NCBI GenBank assembly: GCA_015065105.1
Contig: SVQZ01000002.1
Coordinates: 78,811-142,810, forward strand
Source: Oscillospiraceae bacterium
GTDB lineage: Bacteria; Bacillota; Clostridia; Oscillospirales; CAG-272
Length of the DNA: 64,000 nt
Direction: 5' to 3'
Position numbers and translations under genes: made by a program. The notes below the pieces were generated by a model. The model made no database searches. It was not told the origin of the DNA and was given only the letters and a program-made list of their open reading frames with translations. This document shows positions 38,301 through 47,466 of this stretch, one piece after another; the first letter of the stretch is position 1, and every line of letters starts with the position of its first letter.

Positions 38301-38327
38301 TTAGCACTCTCGGGTTTTGAGTGCCAA
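38301..38327 (-). promoter_or_regulatory. CIRCE operator (HrcA binding site) upstream of groES
   Basis: TTAGCACTC-N9-GAGTGCCAA, one mismatch from the consensus TTAGCACTC-N9-GAGTGCTAA. Confidence 0.85.
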
Positions 38328-38452
38328 ACACAAAAGTAATTGTACCACAAGGGTAATAAAAATCAATAGATTTAGGCTTGTATTTACACATATTTAACAT
38401 TTTATGCAATAGTTTCTTAAATATAAATATAATGTAAGAAAGGAGCGATAAA

Positions 38453-39739
38453 ATGAGTATTGTAAAAACTTTGAATGAATTTATTCTTTCACCCGCGGTG
38501 TATGCCGTTCTCTTTATTTGTGCCCTTGTTATTTTTCTTCGGATAAGGGGGAGCGGTCTGCTTTCGCCTGTAAAAATAGTTAAGGGAATAGCAGAAAGCG
38601 GCGGAGGTATCCGTTCCTCCTTTCGCGCTCTGACTGTAGCTCTTGCGGGTACGCTCGGTGTGGGTAATATAGTGGGGGTCGCCACAGCAATACATATGGG
38701 GGGCGCCGGCGCGGTGTTCTGGATGCTGCTTTCCGCCTTTGTCGCCATGATAATCAAATATGCAGAGATCGTTCTTGCCTTGAAGTTCAGAGTAAAGGAC
38801 GTTCGGGGATATCACGGAGGAGCGGCATATTATATATCGATGGGCTTGGGTAAAAGGGGGTTAGCGCTCTTCTTTTCTCTTCTTTGTATTATTGCCTCCT
38901 TTACTTTAGGAAATATGATACAGGTCAATGCTGTATCGCAGGCTGCCGAGAGCCGCATCGGTATTCCGCCGTTGGTTACCGGCGCCGTTATCGCACTACT
39001 CTCCTATACCGTAATATATAAGGGCATAAAAGGGATCGCCGATATCACAATGAAGCTTATTCCCATACTTTCTGTTTCCTTTGTTCTATTATCTCTTTGT
39101 GTGATAATTGCGAATGTAAAAGTTATTCCGGATATCTTTTCCCGTATAATAGAAGATGCGTTTAAAAGGGATTGCGCATTTGGGGGAATTATGGGATTTT
39201 TGCTTATGAGGTCGCTTCGTTACGGTGTGGTCAGGGGTATAGGCTCAAATGAAGCGGGGTGCGGTACTGCTCCTACCGCCCATGCAACAGCCGAGTCGGT
39301 TACTCCCGAGGCACAGGGCTATTGGGGACTTATAGAGGTGTTTGTTGACACCGTTGTTATCTGTACTCTTACCGCGCTGGTCATACTAATATATCCCGAA
39401 AACATTCCTTCAAAGGACGGTATGGTGCTTGCAATATCCTCTTTTGAAGCCTTTTACGGAGAAGCGGCGGGGTATCTGCTTACCGCGGCGATATTCTTCT
39501 TTGCCTTTTCTACCGTTATATCCTGGTCCTATTATGCAGTTGAAAGCATACGGTTTATAACGAAGAAGGATATCTGTATAAAGATTTATATAACGGTATA
39601 TTGTCTTACCTGTATTCTCGGTGCGGTGATGAGACTTGAAGCGGTATGGGAGCTTTCCGATATGACCGTATCTCTTATGACCATTATAAACTGTAGCTGT
39701 GTGATCCTTTTGTCGAAAAAGCACTTGAAGTTTAAATAA
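38453..39739 (+). CDS. Alanine/glycine:cation symporter (AGCS family), paralog 1
   Basis: 'FRALTVALAGTLGVGNIVGVATAI..GGAGAVFWM' signature; polytopic. Confidence 0.85.
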   Translation: MSIVKTLNEFILSPAVYAVLFICALVIFLRIRGSGLLSPVKIVKGIAESGGGIRSSFRALTVALAGTLGVGNIVGVATAIHMGGAGAVFWMLLSAFVAMIIKYAEIVLALKFRVKDVRGYHGGAAYYISMGLGKRGLALFFSLLCIIASFTLGNMIQVNAVSQAAESRIGIPPLVTGAVIALLSYTVIYKGIKGIADITMKLIPILSVSFVLLSLCVIIANVKVIPDIFSRIIEDAFKRDCAFGGIMGFLLMRSLRYGVVRGIGSNEAGCGTAPTAHATAESVTPEAQGYWGLIEVFVDTVVICTLTALVILIYPENIPSKDGMVLAISSFEAFYGEAAGYLLTAAIFFFAFSTVISWSYYAVESIRFITKKDICIKIYITVYCLTCILGAVMRLEAVWELSDMTVSLMTIINCSCVILLSKKHLKFK

Positions 39740-39780
39740 AAATATAGTATCATATAGTTATCAAGTACGAGAGGTTTAAA

Positions 39781-40314
39781 ATGAAGGTATTTACAGAAAA
39801 AGCATTAATTGAAAGAGGGATAAAGGAATATGCCTTTATAGATCCTAAAAATCTGGAATTCAGCGAGGATATACAAAAGCTCTGCAATAACGGAGCCTGC
39901 CGTATGTACAACAAGACCTGGGCATGCCCTCCTGCTATAGGAGATGCGGAGGAATGCAGAAAAAGATGTAACGGATATAGAGAAGCTCTCTTGTTTTCCT
40001 CGGTATATGAGCTTGAGGATTCCTTTGATTATGAGGGAATGGTTGATGCGGGCGTAAGATTCAGAGAGCTGTGTGATGAGCTTTATCTTCTTTGCGGGGC
40101 AGACAGCCAAAAGTATCTCGTGCTCTGTAACGGAGCCTGTATCAGATGTGAAAAATGTACGTATCCCGATTCTCCCTGCCGTTTCCCCGAAAAGCTCTTT
40201 CTTTCTCTTGAGGGACATGGCATAAACGTTTCGTTGCTGGCTAAATCCTGCGGTATGAAATATATTAACGGTAAGGATACCGTTACATATTTCGGAATGA
40301 TACTTTGTAAGTGA
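39781..40314 (+). CDS. DUF2284-type Cys-rich metal-binding protein
   Basis: 'CNNGACRMYNKTWACPP' and 'CIRCEKCTYPDSPCRFP'. Confidence 0.7.
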   Translation: MKVFTEKALIERGIKEYAFIDPKNLEFSEDIQKLCNNGACRMYNKTWACPPAIGDAEECRKRCNGYREALLFSSVYELEDSFDYEGMVDAGVRFRELCDELYLLCGADSQKYLVLCNGACIRCEKCTYPDSPCRFPEKLFLSLEGHGINVSLLAKSCGMKYINGKDTVTYFGMILCK

Positions 40315-40370
40315 ACCATACAAAGTCTTGAGTTTAATAACAAAAAGCAGAGAACGGTCGTTCTCTGCTT

Positions 40371-40644
40371 CAGCTTGTCGATAAACTTATCGACAAGCTG
40401 TCAGGCTTCGAAAAAGGAAGCGTAGGTTTTCGTGAAAAGGGGACGTAGGCGTACTATGTACGGTAGAGCCCCTTTTCACGGAAAAGTGTGAAATAGCGGT
40501 GTGAACTCGACGTTTACACCGCTATTGAATAGTTATTCAACTTTATCAGGAGTTGTGAAGCTTATTTTCTAATTAATTTATTGGGCGTCTTAAACTTAAA
40601 AAAAGAATTTCTTCACACGTCCGACCGACTTTTTCGACAGTCTG
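40371..40644 (+). mobile_element. 274-bp non-coding TIR-bounded element (MITE-like), copy 1, flanked by a duplicated 26-bp terminator hairpin
   Basis: Termini are CAGCTTGTCGATAAACTT... and ...AAAAAGTCGGTCGG-type, reading CAGACTGTCGAAAAAGTC on the reverse complement (imperfect TIR CAGnnTGTCGAnAAAnT). Flanks AAGCAGAGAACGGTCGTTCTCTGCTT (40345-40370) and AAGCAGAGAACAGTCGTTCTCTGCTT (40645-40670) are direct repeats. Internal hairpins have 11-12-bp stems. There is no ORF. Confidence 0.8.
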
Positions 40645-40675
40645 AAGCAGAGAACAGTCGTTCTCTGCTTTAATA

Positions 40676-41944
40676 TTATTTGTCTATTGTTGAAAAACTC
40701 ATAAATATCTTTGCCGCCTGCGCTCTTGAAACAGTCATTTTGGGGCTGATAGTATTTTCTTTTTCGGAGGTAGATCCGAGAATACCGCAGGAAATTGCCC
40801 AAATAATACTGTCTTTTGCCCAATCCGCCGTCTCGTACATATCTGTATAGCAGGGAAGAATACTGTCGGTATTTTTTTCGGGAGATGCAAATCTGTAAAG
40901 TACCGTTGCAAGCTCCTGGCGGCTTATAGCCTTACCCTTGCCGAAGCATCCCTGTCCTGTTCCGAGCATTATACCTGAATCTCTTGCCCATTCGACGGCA
41001 GAAGCATACCATTCGCCTTGTTTTATATCCCTGAACGAAGGAGCACGGCTTTCGTATTTGGTAAGATCCGCATCTGCATATCTTGCAAGAATGAGAACAA
41101 ACTGTTCTCTTGTAAGCTTTGATAAGGGTGCAAAGAGTCCTTTATCTGTTCCATTCATATAACCCCTTTCGAAGCAATATGAAACACCCTCATAATACCA
41201 TGAGTCTTTTGAAACGTCGGGGAATCTTGTTTCTCTTAAAGATACTGTATATTCGGCAGTATGCCCCATATAATAAAAGTTTACCTTATGGATTCCGGGC
41301 TTTACCGGGATATCCGGGCTTAATATGGTGTACCTGTAGCCGTCTATCAAAGTTGTGTCATTCGGAGGGGTGCAGATCTTTTCCTCACCGTTCTTATAAT
41401 GGATAACAAAGGAAAAACCGTAAAGATCGGTAGGCCAGAAGAGATAGCTGTCCTCCTCTTCGTTATAAAAACCGTAGCTGTCGTCTCCGTATATATACTC
41501 TCTTTCGGGAGGAGTCAGGGTCTCTATATATTCGATCGGATTAGGGATCAGCTCAACGGGAAGCTTTGCTGTATGATCAAGATATTCAACGGTTATGTAA
41601 TTATCCTTGCCGACAAGCCATGGGTCGGTTATCTGATAGTTACCGAACCATTTGAACATAATGCCGTCAACACTCCTTGTTATACTCGAAAGCTTGTATG
41701 AGCCGTCCGAATAGGTGATCCTCATAATAATGTCGTCGGGCATGATGAAATCATAATAATATATCTCTTCGTAGCTTCCCGTTTCGGGATCTAATTTTTT
41801 TATAAATTCACCGTATGCGTTTTCGAGACAGGTGATCTTGCCCGATTCCACTTCTATTCCTGTGACCTCTGCCTCTGCGGATACGCTGAAGCCGAGCAGG
41901 AATATAAAAGTAATAACAGTAATTAAGAATATTACTTTTTTCAT
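40676..41944 (-). CDS. Secreted cell-wall protein with three C-terminal SLH repeats
   Basis: Signal peptide. SLH repeats 'FPDVSKDSWYYEGVSYCFERGYMNG', 'FRDIKQGEWYASAVEWARDSGIMLG' and 'YTDMYETADWAKDSIIWAISCGILG'. Confidence 0.8.
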   Translation of the reverse strand: MKKVIFLITVITFIFLLGFSVSAEAEVTGIEVESGKITCLENAYGEFIKKLDPETGSYEEIYYYDFIMPDDIIMRITYSDGSYKLSSITRSVDGIMFKWFGNYQITDPWLVGKDNYITVEYLDHTAKLPVELIPNPIEYIETLTPPEREYIYGDDSYGFYNEEEDSYLFWPTDLYGFSFVIHYKNGEEKICTPPNDTTLIDGYRYTILSPDIPVKPGIHKVNFYYMGHTAEYTVSLRETRFPDVSKDSWYYEGVSYCFERGYMNGTDKGLFAPLSKLTREQFVLILARYADADLTKYESRAPSFRDIKQGEWYASAVEWARDSGIMLGTGQGCFGKGKAISRQELATVLYRFASPEKNTDSILPCYTDMYETADWAKDSIIWAISCGILGSTSEKENTISPKMTVSRAQAAKIFMSFSTIDK

Positions 41945-43110
41945 TTTAAGAAGCCGCTTTCGTCGATTACTTTAACTACCTCCTCGAGCTTTTCGGGAGG
42001 TAATACAAGGGCGAAGCGTACGTAGCCCTCACCGTGAGGCCCGAAGGCTGATCCGGGTGTTGCTATAACCCCGGTGGCTTTTGCAAGCTCGGTGCAGAAA
42101 TCCGCGGAGCTTGTAAAGCCCTTGGGAAGCGGCGCCCATACAAACATGGTTCCGTCGCTGTCAGGGATATTCCAGCCTAATTTGCGAAGACCGCCGCAAA
42201 GAGCGTCACGGCGTTTCTGGTATTCCTTGCATTGCTCCTTTACCATATCACGGGGGCCTGTTAATGCCGCTGCTGCCGCCTTTTGGATCGGGGTGAATAC
42301 ACCGAAATCATACTGGGAGCGAAGCATTTTCATAGCATCTATAATACCCTTATGACCTATAAGAAAGCTCATGCGCGCGCCCGTAACGTTGAAGGATTTG
42401 GAAAGGGAGAAGAATTCAGCGCCTACCTCTTTTGCGCCCTTGAGGGAAAGGAAGGAAAATCCTTCTCTTTCATCAAAGATAATATCCGAATACGCGCAGT
42501 CGTTTATAATAATAAAACCGTACTTTTTTGCATATTCGATAAGCTCGTAATATACCTCTTTTGATGCCGCCGCACCAACAGGATTTGAGGGGTAAGAGAC
42601 TACCATGTACTTTACTTTTTTCAGAATTTCGGGATCGATAAGATCAAGGCGGGGCATAAAATCATTTTCCTTTGTGAGCGGATAATATTCTATCTGTGCC
42701 TCTCCGAAATAAGCGCCCACCTCGAATACGGGATAACCGGGATCAGGAAGAAGAACAAGGTCCCCCTTGTTGCATATCGCAAGACCCAGATGACCCATAC
42801 CTTCCTGGCTTCCGTTAACTTCAACTATCATATCGGGGGTTATTTCGGTATTAAATCTTGTTTTGTAATACGTACATACCGCTTCTAAAAGCTCGTCGCA
42901 TTCGCGAAGCGAATACTTCCAGCTTTCCGGATCCCTTGCGGATTCCAGAAGAGCATCGATTATATGCTTCGGAGGAGTAAAATCGGGGGTGCCGATAAAA
43001 AGGTTATATACCTTTCTTCCTTCCTTGATAAGCTTGTCCTTTTCGGCATTGAGAGCCGCAAATATTCCTGTTTTAAAATAATCAAGGCGCTGTGCCTGTC
43101 TGATTTCCAT
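41941..43110 (-). CDS. Class I/II PLP-dependent aminotransferase
   Basis: 'SLSKSFNVTGARMSF' (PLP lysine) and 'YPSNPVG'. I take the start at MEIRQAQRL. Confidence 0.8.
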   Translation of the reverse strand: MEIRQAQRLDYFKTGIFAALNAEKDKLIKEGRKVYNLFIGTPDFTPPKHIIDALLESARDPESWKYSLRECDELLEAVCTYYKTRFNTEITPDMIVEVNGSQEGMGHLGLAICNKGDLVLLPDPGYPVFEVGAYFGEAQIEYYPLTKENDFMPRLDLIDPEILKKVKYMVVSYPSNPVGAAASKEVYYELIEYAKKYGFIIINDCAYSDIIFDEREGFSFLSLKGAKEVGAEFFSLSKSFNVTGARMSFLIGHKGIIDAMKMLRSQYDFGVFTPIQKAAAAALTGPRDMVKEQCKEYQKRRDALCGGLRKLGWNIPDSDGTMFVWAPLPKGFTSSADFCTELAKATGVIATPGSAFGPHGEGYVRFALVLPPEKLEEVVKVIDESGFLK

Positions 43111-43218
43111 GGTAATTCCTCCAAGTGTATTGTCAAATTTCATTATAACACACATCTTTTAGAATATCAACCGTTAAAAATAAATATCCACCCGTTATTT
43201 AAAACGGGTGGATCGGAA

Positions 43219-45837
43219 TCATTGTTCTGTTGTATTTGCGTTGTCATTATGACATATAAAGTAAAGTCTCTGGAGATTTACCGCTAACTGTCCTCTTGAT
43301 GCTGAATCATCATACATTCCGTAGAACTTGGAGTGATTGGACGCATGGAGAAGCTGCTCTGTTATACAGTAGTGCAATGCTTCCATCTTGTGGCGGGGAA
43401 CCTCGGGATGTTCGGCGCAAAGCTCATCAATGGTCTCTGCGTCGATGTTTGAGTTAACGTCAAATCCGTAATATTCAAGATACTTAAACATTGCATAGGA
43501 TATTTCCCCGTAAGAGATACAGGCATCCTTCCAGGTTATGTCATCGGTTATGCCGATCGAGATTGCCCAAGCAAGGGAATCGGAGTATTCGGTATTGTTT
43601 TCGATTGCGGGAGAACCGGACATACGGTAAAGAATATCGATAACCGTTGTGTATGCTTCTGAACGGCCTGCACCGAATTCGGTCTTGGAATCTGCCTCCA
43701 TATAGCCGTTGTTGACCATGAAGTTTACTGCGGATTCGATATAAACGCTGGAGATATCGGTATAGTTTACGCTTGCCGCAGAGGCATACTCGGATGTGGT
43801 ATTGAATACGTGTGCATAATAGTCTGTTTCAAGTATTGCACTTGAAAGTCTGAACATATTCTTTACGTAGTTATTATACTCGTTTATTGTACTCTGATCT
43901 ACCTTTGAGCCGTCGTGGGCTGTAGCCGTACCTGTGGTTGCATTATACTTAAATTCCGAAGTGATATAGCTTTGGTCTGAAAGTACGGCAATATGAGGTG
44001 CATCGGAAAGAACGTCCTTACCTACCAAAAGTCTTGAATCATACTCTATGCCTAAAAGATTCAATACAGTGGGGAGAATGTCAACGGAGCTGCAATAGTC
44101 GTTTACTTCAACTGCCTTTGTTCCGATCTTTTCTTCCATACCGGGAACGTAGCAGATAAAGGAGTTACGGTATTTTTCAAATGCTTCGTCAACCTCATAG
44201 CCTGCCAATTCTCTGTACTGCTCTATGGTAAGACCGTAGGGATAATGGTCTGCTGTGAGAACGATCATTGTATTGTCAGCCTTGCCTGATTCTTCAAGAC
44301 GTGCAAGGATCTCCTGAAGTGCATATTCGAGCTCAAGGTTGCAGGCAATATATGCCTTAACTTCATCGGAATAGGGAAGATGCTCTACCTTATCTCTGTT
44401 TTTTGCACTCATCTGGTTATCCCAGCTGTACTGATAGTGACCGCTGTAGGTCATATAGTATGCATGGAAGGGCTCCTCGCTTGCCAAATATTCATCGATA
44501 GAAGCCTTTACCATCTCAAGGTCGGAGGAGGGTGTGCCTACCTCCATGTTGAGACCGCAGCCTATTGCCTTAAAGTCATAACCCATATTCAAATGGGAAA
44601 TATTTCTGTCATAGAAGGTGCCGAAATAATTATGGTATGCATAGCTGTTATAGCCCGCATTCTTACAAGCGTTTCCGAGACAGTAGGGAAGATAGTTTCC
44701 GATAGAATCGTCAAAGCTTGAGGATACCTTCGTTCTTGACATATTGGGGAGAAGACCCATACACATGGTATATTCTCCGTTGGTCGTGGTATTCGGGAAT
44801 GAATTGTAGAAATTCTTGAATACAAATCCCTCGTTGCTCAATTTATAAAGGGCGGGAGTAAGCTCTTCACTTATAACCAATGGTGAGAATGCCTCGGCGC
44901 AAAGAGATATGATGTTATAATCCTTTGCTATTCCGGTGTATTCATGCTTGGAGGTCGAGGAGATGGTTGAAAGATATTCATCGATATGCTTGATCTGCTC
45001 ATCGTCGGTCATGTCTTTCAGCTCTGTGAAATTGATATCCAAAAGATTTTTAGGACTGTCCGCATCGCCGTAGTTGTCAAGATTTGTTTCAAGGAATACA
45101 ACGTTGCTCTTGCCTGCGTTCAAAAATCCTCTTGATTCCTGAACTGCCGTAACCGCAACACCTAAGTTTTTAACGCTTACGGTGGTTGAGGTATCGGTGC
45201 CTACAAGAATTGCATATGCCGAAGCGGGGGAGGTGTTATGTGTGTGTAACACTATAACGGCGGAAATGGTAAACAGCGCAACTATAGCGGCTACCATAGG
45301 TATCTGGATAAGTGTTACCCGCTTTGTTTTGATGACCTTGGTAAAGAAAAGCACTGCTGTTGCAGGAACAGGCAATAAAAGAAGTATAAAGGGAAAGATA
45401 TGAGTCTTTATTGCAAATAATACCTGCTCGCTGTAATTGGTAACTGCACCTGTTCCCATAGTAAAATAAGAAACAGGCATAAGCTCCTGAAAGACACAGT
45501 AGAATACGAACTGTACTTCAAAATATACAACAAGAAGTATGATAAGCAAAAGACCTATGATCCTGTTTACCTTTTCGGTAGCAAGGGTAGAGATAAAATA
45601 GAGTATTCCGCCCGAAACAGCTGCGAAAAGTATGGGATATACTATTCTTGCATCTGCACTTTTGAAGATCGAGAAATGGAGAACAAGCTCTAAATAAATG
45701 AAGGTAAGCATGAAATAACCTATTGTTATAAGCTTGTTTTTCCAGTTGTCGTTCCAATTGTTCTTTATTGTATGTAATTTACTTTTCTTTTCTGTATTGT
45801 TTTCCTTTTGGGGTTGTTTTTTTAATTCATTATACAT
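43219..45837 (-). CDS. LTA-synthase/sulfatase-family membrane protein with a C-terminal wall-binding-like extension
   Basis: Five N-terminal TM helices and an extracellular sulfatase-type domain ('LTADHYPYG'). 872 aa. Confidence 0.7.
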   Translation of the reverse strand: MYNELKKQPQKENNTEKKSKLHTIKNNWNDNWKNKLITIGYFMLTFIYLELVLHFSIFKSADARIVYPILFAAVSGGILYFISTLATEKVNRIIGLLLIILLVVYFEVQFVFYCVFQELMPVSYFTMGTGAVTNYSEQVLFAIKTHIFPFILLLLPVPATAVLFFTKVIKTKRVTLIQIPMVAAIVALFTISAVIVLHTHNTSPASAYAILVGTDTSTTVSVKNLGVAVTAVQESRGFLNAGKSNVVFLETNLDNYGDADSPKNLLDINFTELKDMTDDEQIKHIDEYLSTISSTSKHEYTGIAKDYNIISLCAEAFSPLVISEELTPALYKLSNEGFVFKNFYNSFPNTTTNGEYTMCMGLLPNMSRTKVSSSFDDSIGNYLPYCLGNACKNAGYNSYAYHNYFGTFYDRNISHLNMGYDFKAIGCGLNMEVGTPSSDLEMVKASIDEYLASEEPFHAYYMTYSGHYQYSWDNQMSAKNRDKVEHLPYSDEVKAYIACNLELEYALQEILARLEESGKADNTMIVLTADHYPYGLTIEQYRELAGYEVDEAFEKYRNSFICYVPGMEEKIGTKAVEVNDYCSSVDILPTVLNLLGIEYDSRLLVGKDVLSDAPHIAVLSDQSYITSEFKYNATTGTATAHDGSKVDQSTINEYNNYVKNMFRLSSAILETDYYAHVFNTTSEYASAASVNYTDISSVYIESAVNFMVNNGYMEADSKTEFGAGRSEAYTTVIDILYRMSGSPAIENNTEYSDSLAWAISIGITDDITWKDACISYGEISYAMFKYLEYYGFDVNSNIDAETIDELCAEHPEVPRHKMEALHYCITEQLLHASNHSKFYGMYDDSASRGQLAVNLQRLYFICHNDNANTTEQ

Positions 45838-45959
45838 TCAAATAACCTCGTTTTTTGAATATTTTTCATGATATTCGACAAGTTATTTTAACATAAAATT
45901 ATTAATAATAATAGTTATTAATGTTAATAATGGAGAATGGGAATTTGTAATGATTTGAA

Positions 45960-47369
45960 TCAGTTCCAATAATCAACTTTATGCTCAAGGTCTATATTTT
46001 TTGCCAGGAACACGGGATTTTTACCCTCTTTTCTCTGTTTTTCATAGTCCTTCAATGCTCTGAATGCATATTTTCCGAGTATAATGATAACAGGAATATT
46101 GATGAAGGTCATAAGAGCCATCAGAATGTCGGCGATATTCCATAAAAGACCCGCTTTAAGTCCTGCGCCTGCGAAAATAAGCAAGGACGCAATAATATAG
46201 TATATGCTGTTGAAAAGCTTTCCGGGAACACGGCCGAACATGAAGAAGAAGGCTTTGTCAACATAGAAAAGATTTCCTATAAGTGTAGTAAATGCAAAGA
46301 GTACCATCGCAACGGTGATGAATACAGGTCCGAAACCGCCCAAGGCATTCTGAATGCATTTCTGAACGTAGTCGGCACCCTCAAAGGTCGCAGCAGGGGC
46401 TACTCCCGAGCCCAGGCACATGAATGCGGTTGCGGAACAGATAACAATTGTATCGATGAATACCGAAAGCACCTGAACCAAGCCCTGCTTTACGGGATGG
46501 GAAACATCTGCGGAGGCGGAAGCATTGGGAGCTGAGCCCACGCCTGCTTCGTTTGAGAAAAGACCTCTTCTCATACCGTAGATAAGGCAGGAGCCGGTAA
46601 AGCCTCCGAAGATAGATCTGAAATCAAAGGCTTCGGTGAATATCTTCTTTAAAATTTCGGGAAGTATGTTTATATTCAGGCAGATAACGAGAAGAGCAAC
46701 AAGAATATACGCAACACCCATTATGGGAACAAGAAAAGAGGTTGCACCGAGGATCCTCTTGCCGCCGCCGAAAAGACAGAAAGCAACCAAAAGAGCAACG
46801 GCTCCGCCTATTATCCAGGGGGTGACGCCTTTGTCATAAAAGCTATATACCGCAAATGTTGACTGAAGGTTAAAGGAGGCGAGCATATTGAAGCCGACTG
46901 CGTAGGTGAGTATTAGTAAAACAGAGAAAATGATCGCAAGAGGCCTGCATTTAAGCGCGGTCTGAATATAATACGCGGGACCTCCGTAGCTTGCATCGGG
47001 GCCTTTCTTTTTATAGATCTGTGCAAGGGTGCTTTCCGCAAAAGCGGATGCGGAACCGATTATTGCAATTACCCACATCCAGAAAACAGAGCCGTAACCG
47101 CCGAGACAGAGGGCGGTGGCAACACCTATGATATTACCCGTACCTACTCTTGATGCAGTAGAGACCATAAGAGCCTGGAAGGATGAAACCCCGTTCTTAT
47201 CCTTTGGCTTTTCGGTTACCGCACGTAACTGCTCGGGCAAAAGGCGGAACTGTGCAAATTTTGTACGTACCGTAAAATAGATACCGCCTATAAGCAAAAT
47301 TACAACGAGAATATAATTTGATATTATGTTGTTTGATCTGCCTATTAAGTCATTGATAAATTCAAACAT
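45960..47369 (-). CDS. Alanine/glycine:cation symporter (AGCS family), paralog 2
   Basis: 'FQALMVSTASRVGTGNIIGVATAL..GGYGSVFWMW'. I take the start at MFEFINDL, because the upstream ATGs fall within or next to a TTGCAT-17-TATAAT promoter. Confidence 0.85.
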   Translation of the reverse strand: MFEFINDLIGRSNNIISNYILVVILLIGGIYFTVRTKFAQFRLLPEQLRAVTEKPKDKNGVSSFQALMVSTASRVGTGNIIGVATALCLGGYGSVFWMWVIAIIGSASAFAESTLAQIYKKKGPDASYGGPAYYIQTALKCRPLAIIFSVLLILTYAVGFNMLASFNLQSTFAVYSFYDKGVTPWIIGGAVALLVAFCLFGGGKRILGATSFLVPIMGVAYILVALLVICLNINILPEILKKIFTEAFDFRSIFGGFTGSCLIYGMRRGLFSNEAGVGSAPNASASADVSHPVKQGLVQVLSVFIDTIVICSATAFMCLGSGVAPAATFEGADYVQKCIQNALGGFGPVFITVAMVLFAFTTLIGNLFYVDKAFFFMFGRVPGKLFNSIYYIIASLLIFAGAGLKAGLLWNIADILMALMTFINIPVIIILGKYAFRALKDYEKQRKEGKNPVFLAKNIDLEHKVDYWN

Positions 47370-47466
47370 ATTTCTTCTCTTTTCTATAGATTTTGGCATA
47401 TTATAGCATATATACACATTATATGCAAGTTACAACGGCTTCCTTTACCGAAAGCCGTTGTAATAT

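Noticed and set aside
40371-40644. The 274-bp element as a conventional IS, a riboswitch or a gene-specific 5'/3' UTR.
   Set aside because: There is no ORF beyond a spurious 75-aa frame. The two copies sit in unrelated gene contexts (3' of convergent genes versus between an aminotransferase stop and the rarA promoter), so a cis-regulatory leader is unlikely. It cannot be autonomous.
47431-47462. Hairpin TACAACGGCTT / AAGCCGTTGTA downstream of rarA as an intrinsic terminator.
   Set aside because: It is a good 11-bp stem, but there is no T-run on the - strand where rarA transcription would need it. I left it unannotated.
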